From: Promethearchaeota archaeon
GTDB lineage: Archaea; Asgardarchaeota; Lokiarchaeia; Sigyniarchaeales; SOKP01
Direction: 5' to 3'
DNA length: 64,000 bases
Assembly (NCBI GenBank): GCA_016839555.1
Contig: JAEOUA010000001.1
Location: forward strand, 80,554 to 144,553
The first letter of the stretch is position 1. Each line of letters begins with the position of its first letter. The notes under the pieces were generated by a model. The model saw only the letters and a list, made by a program, of their open reading frames with translations, searched no databases and was not told the origin of the DNA. This document shows positions 56,333-64,000 of this stretch, one piece after another. Position numbers and translations under genes: made by a program.

Positions 56333-57151
56333 CTATGATGGAATTTTAATATTTGTACATTTCAACTTTTCATTGTTAAGCGCTTTAAAAATATTTCCTT
56401 CTACTAATCCATTTATAATTTGAACTGGAATATTTAAAGTGCAAATTGATTTAATATTGTCAAGCTTTCCTTTAATTCCACCTGTTACATCTATTTTTTT
56501 TCCCAAATTAGCTAAAGGAAGACTCCCTATGTCATTACAATTTATTTCTTCTACTACTTCTATTTTATCTTTAGATTTGTTATAGAGGTAAATACCATCC
56601 TCTTCAAACGCAAAAATAACTTTGTTTATATTAAATTCTTTCAAATTTTGACATAATAAAAGAATTATTTTATCCCCAGAAAGTATTGAGAAATTTCCAT
56701 CCAAACTGAAAATTATATCTCCATAAACTACTGGTAGAATACCTAATTTAAGACATTGCTTAATAGCATCTAGATTGCAAAAGACTTCTCCATTATTATT
56801 AATAAAAATTGAAGATGTTTGGATAGAAAGAGTGGGTATTTTCTGCTCTAAAAATTTCTGAATTATATAGGAATTTAATTGGACCATTACTTCATGAGTT
56901 TTAGACAATCCAAAAATTTGATTTTCAATAGAATTTTTTCTGCCTCTACTGATTTCATATTCTTGAGCGATAGGATGTCCAAATGACCCTCCTCCATGAA
57001 CTATTATTAGTTTTTTATTACTTCTAATTATTTCATTGATAGAATTCTGAATAATTTCTTTTCTTAATGAAAAGGGTTCATTTTTTGAAGTTATTAAACT
57101 TCCTCCTAGCTTTAATATCATAATATCTTCATTTTTTTTCACAAATAACAC
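56333..57151 (-). CDS. Isopentenyl phosphate kinase
   Basis: Amino-acid-kinase fold motifs ILKLGGSLIT and IVHGGGSFGH. Overlaps the mevalonate kinase gene by 23 nt. Confidence 0.8.
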   Translation of the reverse strand: MLFVKKNEDIMILKLGGSLITSKNEPFSLRKEIIQNSINEIIRSNKKLIIVHGGGSFGHPIAQEYEISRGRKNSIENQIFGLSKTHEVMVQLNSYIIQKFLEQKIPTLSIQTSSIFINNNGEVFCNLDAIKQCLKLGILPVVYGDIIFSLDGNFSILSGDKIILLLCQNLKEFNINKVIFAFEEDGIYLYNKSKDKIEVVEEINCNDIGSLPLANLGKKIDVTGGIKGKLDNIKSICTLNIPVQIINGLVEGNIFKALNNEKLKCTNIKIPS

Positions 57152-58100
57152 CTAGTTTATCATTTTTCGCTATAAAACTTTTATATCCTTTAGCTTTAAG
57201 TATAGAAGAAATTTTCTCTAAGTCTTTTCTCTTTCCTAATGTGATTACACATCCACCTAGTCCCGCACCTGTTAATTTAGAACCAAATGCACCATTTTTC
57301 AAGGATATATTAATAATTTCAGAGATTTGTTCGTTAGAAACTTGGAGATTTGATAAATATTTTTGATTAAGATTCATTAATTTTCCGATTTCTTGGATAT
57401 TATTTCTAGTTAATTCAACTTTTGCTTTTTTAGTAATTTTTCCAATTTGTTTTAAGAATTGTTCCGTTTGTTTAGAATTTATTTCTTTTAAATGTCTTAT
57501 TCGGTTGATGGCTTCTTTTGTATTATGCTCAATGTTGGTATAGGTAATTAAAAATAAAAATTCTTGTGGTATCTTAACATAATCAAATTTTCCATTTTCA
57601 AAATATATAGCATTTCCAAACGTACAAATAGTATTATCTATGCCACTTGGGCTTCCGTGAACTATTTTTTCCAGCTCATACGCTAAGGAATTAATTTCTT
57701 CTTTTTTTAAATTTAATTCATAATAACAATTTAAAGCATTGATTAATGAAACAGCGATCGAAGCGGAAGAACCTAAGCCCGCACTTGGGAAAAGATTGCT
57801 TATTATTTTTATTTCAACGTTTTCTATCTGCACACCATAATCTTTCTGGAAATTGTAAAAACATTCTGATATTTGGTTATATTTGGAGGAAAATTTTTGG
57901 CTTAAAGTTTTAATATTATTTGCTTCGAAAACTTGATCATAATTATATAAAATAATCTTAATTTTGTTTTCTTCGATTTCATTAATTCGACATTCTGAAT
58001 TTACTGATATAGCCATTGCTATAGCAGGAAATCCATAAACAACAGCATGCTCACCAAATAAAATACTTTTCCCAGGTGCAATTGAAATAACAGATCTCAC
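57129..58100 (-). CDS. mvk: Mevalonate kinase
   Basis: GHMP kinase motifs APGKSILFGEHAVVYG, PSAGLGSSASIAVS and KLTGAGLGGC. GTG start. Confidence 0.85.
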   Translation of the reverse strand: MRSVISIAPGKSILFGEHAVVYGFPAIAMAISVNSECRINEIEENKIKIILYNYDQVFEANNIKTLSQKFSSKYNQISECFYNFQKDYGVQIENVEIKIISNLFPSAGLGSSASIAVSLINALNCYYELNLKKEEINSLAYELEKIVHGSPSGIDNTICTFGNAIYFENGKFDYVKIPQEFLFLITYTNIEHNTKEAINRIRHLKEINSKQTEQFLKQIGKITKKAKVELTRNNIQEIGKLMNLNQKYLSNLQVSNEQISEIINISLKNGAFGSKLTGAGLGGCVITLGKRKDLEKISSILKAKGYKSFIAKNDKLGVICEKK

Positions 58101-58294
58101 TTATTACTTTCACTTTTTATTTTCTAATTCATCCAATATTTCTTTATCTATATTAATGAAATAATTTAAATAAAAAGAGATAATTGATGTATTCTAAAAA
58201 AAATTAATGAAAGATATTATTTAGAAACTAAAGAATTGTTAACCAAGTTAATAGAGATCTTAACTAAGGAAGCTAATTCTTACCTTAACTTGAG

Positions 58295-59920
58295 TTAAGA
58301 TAAGGGAGCAATGGTCTTTATATAATATGGAGACCAATTAAGTAATCCTTTTTCCGCAAGGTCATCATCGCTAATCTTCACTCTTCTAATACAATATTCT
58401 AATGTATTATCCTTTAGCACATTATTCTCTACTCTTACTAATCCCTTATTTAAATAACGTAAATCATATGAGCTAAGATGAATTGGATTAGATATCAATC
58501 GTGCATATAACGGGAAAAATCTTTCATGAAATCCAGAATGTCCTTGTGGACAATGATCTAAACCATCAATGTCAGGGATAATACAGCCCTCATCGCAAAA
58601 ATTCAATATAAATCCTCTATTTTCATTTAATTCATGCGGTGTGATTTTCCCAATAGCAAAATCAGGTATAGATTTACCCTCTTTTATTAATTCATATTCT
58701 TGTATACTTTTTTTCTGCTTATAAGTGATATATTCACTGATTTTTGGACTTTTTTCAACAATTTTACGGAATCCACTTTTTAATTTAAGTAATCCAGCAA
58801 TTGCTGTAGCGCCAGAACCATAGGATCCAAAGTAAATGGTATCATTTTCATTAGCATAATCCTCGATAATAAATTGTATTTGAGACCACAATGCAGCATT
58901 ATACATATTTCCAAAATGCATAGGAACAGAAAGGTGTGGTAGTATCTTTGCTTTTATGTTAGACATTACCCAATTCGAAAGATTTTCCAATTTTTGTGAG
59001 GATAATCCCCTCTCCTTAAGATTAAAATAGATATATTCTGGAACGACGATAATATCTTGCAAAAATATATCTAGTTTTTTAAAAATAGAATCTGTTAAGG
59101 ATTTCTGCTTTGTTTTTAATAAATTACTTATATTGTTAATCCATCGTTTTTGGATAATTTGTCTCATACATTTTATCGGTAATTTAGAGAATGGAGCATG
59201 GAATGCATAGTAGTCTGCGTAAAATTCTCCAATATTTTCTATTAGATTATCATAAGCGTCTAATTGTAATTTTAAATAACTATCGACTGAATAATGGCCA
59301 AAAACCTGGGCATTTTCTTCATTTGCAGGTCTCCAAAAATCATTTACGTTTCCAGAAACTATACCAAATTTCTTACTAAATCTTGCAATTCTAGGATTTC
59401 TTGAAATGACTAAGGCTACAGCACCAGAACCTTGTGTTGGCTCACTAGGACTCCACAATGGATAAGATGAAATGTCGGCGCTAATCACTAAAGCCTTATT
59501 AATTACATCTTTTTCTATTAACCCAATCGCATTTAAGGTAGCTAATGTGCCTCCCGCACAGGCATTATAAATATCTTGTGTTAAGCAATTAGGCGAAACA
59601 TTAAGTAATTGAGCAAATATATTCGAAACGGATTTCACAGCATAAGTTATTGTTTCAGTTCCTACAAATATTGCATCGATCTCTTTCGGGTTAATATCAC
59701 CTCTAATTAACGCATTGTATCCGGCTTTAAGCCCAATCGAAATAATATCCTCATCCGCCTCAGGCAGACGCATCTCCTTTAATAGTAATCCTTTTCTATA
59801 TTTATCAGGATCCACATTTCTCTTTTTGGCTAATTCCTCTAAATTTACATAATATCTTGGAGCATGAAATCCTATACTATCTATGCCGATGTCTGTAAAT
59901 AAGAAGTCGTTGCTTATCAT
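58295..59920 (-). CDS. HMG-CoA synthase with a ~125-aa C-terminal extension
   Basis: Catalytic Cys in YNACAGGT, His in AFHAPFSKL, and GNMYNAALW and GSYGSGATA, all within aa 1-415. Residues ~416-541 are extra and contain C-x3-C-x10-C-x3-H. Confidence 0.85.
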   Translation of the reverse strand: MISNDFLFTDIGIDSIGFHAPRYYVNLEELAKKRNVDPDKYRKGLLLKEMRLPEADEDIISIGLKAGYNALIRGDINPKEIDAIFVGTETITYAVKSVSNIFAQLLNVSPNCLTQDIYNACAGGTLATLNAIGLIEKDVINKALVISADISSYPLWSPSEPTQGSGAVALVISRNPRIARFSKKFGIVSGNVNDFWRPANEENAQVFGHYSVDSYLKLQLDAYDNLIENIGEFYADYYAFHAPFSKLPIKCMRQIIQKRWINNISNLLKTKQKSLTDSIFKKLDIFLQDIIVVPEYIYFNLKERGLSSQKLENLSNWVMSNIKAKILPHLSVPMHFGNMYNAALWSQIQFIIEDYANENDTIYFGSYGSGATAIAGLLKLKSGFRKIVEKSPKISEYITYKQKKSIQEYELIKEGKSIPDFAIGKITPHELNENRGFILNFCDEGCIIPDIDGLDHCPQGHSGFHERFFPLYARLISNPIHLSSYDLRYLNKGLVRVENNVLKDNTLEYCIRRVKISDDDLAEKGLLNWSPYYIKTIAPLS

Positions 59921-59942
59921 ATTATATCAGCTCTCTTCTGTA

Positions 59943-60008
59943 CAAATGTTTGATTTTACAAATTTTAAAGAATAATTAAGATTCTTTTTTTTTACTTAAT
60001 CAAACATT
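59943..60008. repeat. Perfect 12-bp inverted repeat in the HMGS/uppS divergent intergenic region
   Basis: AAATGTTTGATT at 59943-59954 and its exact reverse complement AATCAAACATTT at 59997-60008, with a 42-nt spacer. It begins 23 nt upstream of the HMGS start codon. Confidence 0.6.
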
Positions 60009-60412
60009 TTATTAAAAGTTAATCTATTGAATCTAGCTTCATATTTAACTCTTTGCTTGAAGAAGAGCTTTATGACGATTCATAATGTTATAATTAGTGA
60101 TTCTTTCATATTGTTAAAGATCTGTAAAATAAAACTTTATACTTTTTATTTTAATTTTTATATATAATGGCTTTTATATGAAAACCAAAAAATAACACAG
60201 AAAAGTATGAAAAAGTAAAAATAAAAGTTCTAAAAACAAATATTTTATTAATTAAATTAGGATAATAACTCTGTAGGAAAGCAGTATTTATTTTTCTTCT
60301 AATAGTATATCTTTAAATTCCTTAATTAATTTGTTTTAATAATATTAAAATTATTATTAGTATTTTCCTTTTTAAAATTAATATTTATTTATCTAGATAA
60401 AATGTTGAATAA

Positions 60413-61150
60413 ATGTTGAACAAATTACAAGAACTCAAAAATACTGTAAGTGACAAATTACCAAAACATGTGGGGATAATCCCCGATGGAAATCGACGAT
60501 GGGCAAGGAATCATAACATAGATATTAAAATAGGCCATATCACCGGATATAAAACTTTAAAAGATATATTATATAGCTTCTTCGATGCAGGCATAAAATA
60601 TTTAACCGTATATGCACTCTCTTTGGAAAATGCCATGAAAAGAAGTAAAGAGGAGCTAGCCTATATCTATAAAATCATTATAAAAGCGATTGAGACGATA
60701 ATGAGTGAAGAAATCGTAGTTAAAGAAGAAGTGCGATTTCGAATTTTAGGACGATTAGAATTATTACCTCCTGAAGTAAAAGCGAAAGTCGACGAGATGC
60801 ATGAATTCACAAAAAATTTTAATAAAAACTTTGTGAATATATTGATTATGTATGATGGGCAAGCGGAAATAGCAGATGGAATAAAAGAAATCATCAGAAA
60901 TGGTGTAAAACCAGAGGAAGTTAATCGGAAACTAATTAAAAATTATCTTTATACGAAAAATACCCCAGAAGTAGATTTTATCATACGCACAGGGATGGAA
61001 GATGGTGCTCGAATAAGTGGGTTTATGCTATGGGATGCCTCATACGCAGAATTTAAATTTCGAAATGAATATTGGCCTGAATATTCAGCAGATCTGCTGG
61101 TTCAAGATTTAAAGGAATATATTAGTCGCAATAGAAGAAAGGGAAAATAA
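60413..61150 (+). CDS. uppS: Cis-prenyltransferase (undecaprenyl/dehydrodolichyl diphosphate synthase family)
   Basis: HVGIIPDGNRRWA, LTVYALSLEN, and IIRTGME.RISGFMLWD..YAEF. Confidence 0.9.
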   Translation: MLNKLQELKNTVSDKLPKHVGIIPDGNRRWARNHNIDIKIGHITGYKTLKDILYSFFDAGIKYLTVYALSLENAMKRSKEELAYIYKIIIKAIETIMSEEIVVKEEVRFRILGRLELLPPEVKAKVDEMHEFTKNFNKNFVNILIMYDGQAEIADGIKEIIRNGVKPEEVNRKLIKNYLYTKNTPEVDFIIRTGMEDGARISGFMLWDASYAEFKFRNEYWPEYSADLLVQDLKEYISRNRRKGK

Positions 61151-61471
61151 TAATTAGTAGATATCTTAATTTCTCATTAATTTTACTTATTATAAAGGAT
61201 TTCACTTTAGATTTTCTGCAAAGTGAAGAAAATATTATCGTAAAATTTTTTAATCTTAATTTAATTCTCTACTCTTAACTAATCAAATATATTTTGATTA
61301 TCCAATAAATTCTAGATTTAAGTTTTTTTTAGAGATCTTAGAATAAAATTTAAATAAAGACTTAATTTTGTCTGTTTGATTGATTAAAATGACGCAGGAA
61401 AAAGAAAAAATCTTCACGAGAAACATAACAATAGAAATAATATACTAGAAAAAAAAACCGATGGAATTGAG

Positions 61472-62296
61472 GTGAATAATATGGGAAAACAAATACCAGA
61501 AGGAGAACCTCTGGAAGAAGATCAATTACCAGAAAAAATTCAAGAATTGCAAAACGAATTAAAAGAAAAATCAGAAACCATTACAGATTTACAGAATCAA
61601 CTAGATACTATTATATCTTCTAATTATGAATTAAAAAAAACTATAAATAAGCTTAAGGAAGAAATAGAAGAAAAAGATTCAAAATTTTCAGAATTTGAGG
61701 AGGTAATTGAGGAAAAAAATTCCCAACTCTCTGAATTCAAGGAAGAAATTGAGCAGAAAGATTTAAAACTGAAGGAGGCGGAAAAAGCACTTGAGGAGCG
61801 AAAGTCTAAACTTTCTGAATTTGAAGGAATAATTGATGGAAAGAACTCCCAACTCTCTGAAATTCAAAAACAGTTAGAACAAAAGGACTTACAATTAACC
61901 GAATTGAAGAATGAGAAAGAGCAAAGTATTATAAACCTCTCTGAATTGCAAGATGCTCTAGATAATAAAAAATTAAAATTATCAGAATTAGATGAAGAAA
62001 TAGTGCGAAAAAATGCAAAATTAATAACTCTCGAGGAACTTCTTAATCAAAAAACCCAGGAAAATAAGGATTTAACTAAAAAGATGCAAGAATTAAAAAA
62101 ATATAACGAGATCTATTTAGATACTATAGCAGAACTAAAAATTTCAATAAAAAAGCTTAACCAAAAATCTCAGGCTGAAATTGAATCTCAAAAAGAAAAC
62201 CAGAATCAAATTATAGAACTTAAAAAGGAATTAAAAGTTATAAGAAGAGAAAGAGACCATTATAAGGAAATTATTAAAGAAAAAGATTTGCTTTAA
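61472..62296 (+). CDS. Coiled-coil protein with 14-aa periodic / 42-aa tandem repeats
   Basis: SxLSEF-type 14-residue periodicity. A more likely start is the ATG at 61481. Confidence 0.6.
   Translation: MNNMGKQIPEGEPLEEDQLPEKIQELQNELKEKSETITDLQNQLDTIISSNYELKKTINKLKEEIEEKDSKFSEFEEVIEEKNSQLSEFKEEIEQKDLKLKEAEKALEERKSKLSEFEGIIDGKNSQLSEIQKQLEQKDLQLTELKNEKEQSIINLSELQDALDNKKLKLSELDEEIVRKNAKLITLEELLNQKTQENKDLTKKMQELKKYNEIYLDTIAELKISIKKLNQKSQAEIESQKENQNQIIELKKELKVIRRERDHYKEIIKEKDLL
61667..61918 (+). repeat. Tandem 126-bp (42-aa) duplication inside the coiled-coil gene
   Basis: Unit 1 is EEKDSKFSEFEEVIEEKNSQLSEFKEEIEQKDLKLKEAEKAL. Unit 2 is EERKSKLSEFEGIIDGKNSQLSEIQKQLEQKDLQLTELKNEK. The DNA string TCCCAACTCTCTGAA recurs about 126 nt apart. 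Confidence 0.75.
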
Positions 62297-62350
62297 AGTA
62301 ATAAGAAAAAATATTACTTATAAATTTACTTTATTTTTGAAGATAAGATA

Positions 62351-63073
62351 TTATTGCTTTATAAATTTATTTTGAATCAATTTAGGCATTAAAAATCCGA
62401 TATAAAAACAAATCGCACTGGTGATAAGGATGCTTTTCGTTATGAGTATAGTAATTGGGGTAACCTGCATGATAACTTCCACTACGGACCCCGCTCCATA
62501 AAATATAAAGGCAACAAGAAGAAATCTTCCCATTAATTTGACCCTAGGGACTTCTGATTTCATGGCTTTTCGTGAAAATAAAATCCCTGTTATTATAGCA
62601 TATATTACAGCGCAAAAGAGATATATAACCATGAATGGACCAAATCTTAATTGAAATGGGGCAACTTGATATCCGAGCATATCGATGTTCGTGAAGAGGA
62701 ATGCAATTAGAAGGGTTTCAGCAAGTACTAATGTAATTAAAACTATTAAAATTAGCCATTTTCTGTTCTCTGTCATTAAAAAGTCTGCAACAGCAATGGT
62801 CCAGCACATGATGAAAAATGGAATCGGAACGTAACCAATAAAAAATGTTTGGATCAAGGACAATTTCTCACCTATAATCAGTACCATAAAAAACGTGATA
62901 GAATCCGGAATCCATGGATTAACAAGCCCAATCCAACTTAATCCTACAAGTAGTAATTGTTTTTTCTTATAGTTGAAGTAATTGGAGAGGATTTTCAATG
63001 CCACGATGAATGAAATAACTATTAATATCGTACTCATTAGTCCTTGAAATAATTCAACAGGTTCGAAAATCAT
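62351..63073 (-). CDS. Polytopic membrane protein (about 7 TM)
   Basis: Seven hydrophobic segments. No family recognised. Confidence 0.55.
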   Translation of the reverse strand: MIFEPVELFQGLMSTILIVISFIVALKILSNYFNYKKKQLLLVGLSWIGLVNPWIPDSITFFMVLIIGEKLSLIQTFFIGYVPIPFFIMCWTIAVADFLMTENRKWLILIVLITLVLAETLLIAFLFTNIDMLGYQVAPFQLRFGPFMVIYLFCAVIYAIITGILFSRKAMKSEVPRVKLMGRFLLVAFIFYGAGSVVEVIMQVTPITILITKSILITSAICFYIGFLMPKLIQNKFIKQ

Positions 63074-63725
63074 TTATTATTCACTCTAATTATATTAAAT
63101 CTTTAAATAATTCTTATACTAGATTATTATTCTCTTTAAAAAAACCCTCTGTTTTCTAAATTCTTCCAATTTTTAGTTTAAGACAAAAATAGGAAAAGAG
63201 CTTATTTAAATTTATCCTTTTTTCTAACTTTCTTATCACTCATAGAAACCAAATAAAACCTTGAAATAATACAAAATAAAAAGAAATATTCTTCTTTTAA
63301 AACTTTAGATTCCCCACCAAGTTGACATCATATCTGTCTGCAATGTTTTTTTTCGAAATTTTACGAGAACTTACCAGTTTTTTATTAGTAAGATATTTAA
63401 TAACATCTTTATTAATTTAAAATATTTTTTTTTAATTAAACCAGAATTATAAAAAAAAATGGCAAAAATAATGTTTTCTATAAAAACCTATTTTTAATAA
63501 GAAATTTAAATAAAATCTAAGATTCTATTTTCCCATTTCTCCTACGGAATTTAGGAATTTCAAAAAGAATAATTTATATAGATAAAATGATATTTTAATA
63601 TAGAAGGAGTTATATTTGAAATAAATATCTTTTAAGTATTATTAATTATTATTAAATTAAAATTAAAATAATTAAATGAGTAGTGAATAAAAATTTCGAT
63701 TGATACTAAAAGTTTCGATAGAATA

Positions 63726-64000
63726 TTGAGTAAGATAATAAAATCGGAAAGCGGTATTAAGAAAGTAATTTTAGTTGACAGAACAGGATTAACGATCGCA
63801 AGCGTATCAAAGTTTTCATATTTCCCTGCCGATGTTGACGGCATTGGAGCCATAGCCAGTGCTGTGTTTTGTGCCTCGGAAGAACAGGGTAAAAATCTAG
63901 AGCTGGGCGCATTAGATATTGTAACCTCTGAATTTTTGGGTGGAAAAATTTTTGCAGCAAGCTGCGGCCCAAAAGGAGTATTATGTTTAATTTCTGATCC
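63726..64000 (+). CDS. Roadblock/LC7 (MglB-like) domain protein, 3'-truncated by the window end (not in the track)
   Basis: My own translation of the + frame is ...FDRILSKIIKSESGIKKVILVDRTGLTIASVSKFSYFPADVDGIGAIASAVFCASEEQGKNLELGALDIVTSEFLGGKIFAASCGPKGVLCLISD. The frame is open from 63687. The only canonical start is the TTG at 63726, so the start is uncertain. Confidence 0.65.
   Translation, partial: MSKIIKSESGIKKVILVDRTGLTIASVSKFSYFPADVDGIGAIASAVFCASEEQGKNLELGALDIVTSEFLGGKIFAASCGPKGVLCLISD

Noticed and set aside
63632-63972. Track ORFs 63632..63853 (-) and 63757..63972 (-).
   Set aside because: They overlap each other and lie antisense to a + strand frame with a clear Roadblock/LC7 pattern. 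Their own translations are low-complexity or odd (for example QCRQHRQGNMKT), so they are shadow ORFs.
1-64000. Searched by eye for CRISPR arrays, transposases or integrases, rRNA or tRNA genes, and long direct or inverted repeats bounding mobile elements.
   Set aside because: Nothing convincing was seen. The only repeats found are the intragenic protein repeats and the short motifs reported above.

Overview
This is an AT-rich (roughly 28-30% GC by eye), gene-dense archaeal chromosomal segment with about 60 genes. I saw no rRNA, tRNA, CRISPR array, transposase or integrase. The gene content points to an Asgard (Loki/Promethearchaeia-like) archaeon. Archaeal markers are the modified archaeal mevalonate pathway (AcnX-type dehydratase, UbiD/UbiX decarboxylase, IPK), a LysW carrier protein, an MJ0619/Tes-like radical SAM enzyme and a polyprenyl synthase. 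These sit alongside an unusual density of eukaryote-like signalling and trafficking parts: three Rab/Ras-like small GTPases (one fused to an N-terminal Roadblock/LC7 domain), a second stand-alone Roadblock gene cut by the window end, a V4R (TRAPP/Bet3-like) protein in an operon with a Rab-like GTPase, and a probable gelsolin-like domain protein. Other content: an isoprenoid/lipid supercluster (51.5-61.2 kb, plus a polyprenyl synthase at 46.1 kb); glycan enzymes (GH3, GH38, a phosphodiesterase, an acyltransferase); a PadR-ABC-2 efflux operon; a RACo-like corrinoid activase; an SNF2 helicase + SWIM pair; and a small toxin-antitoxin islet (RHH-PIN with an in-frame amber stop, and MntA-HepT). There is also a MoxR-class AAA_5 ATPase coupled to a 666-aa TraB/Tiki-like protein. 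Two real genes are absent from the supplied ORF track: a 57-aa LysW (27726..27899) and a partial Roadblock gene (about 63726..64000). The best candidates for an undescribed system are (i) the co-directional block at 33.3-38.9 kb (Roadblock-Rab fusion, orphan protein, gelsolin-like/coiled-coil protein, 826-aa repeat protein), (ii) the MoxR + TraB/Tiki-like pair at 4.1-7.1 kb, and (iii) the PPC-V4R-Rab operon at 0.2-1.8 kb. All family assignments come from motif and pattern recognition by eye. No searches or structure predictions were run.
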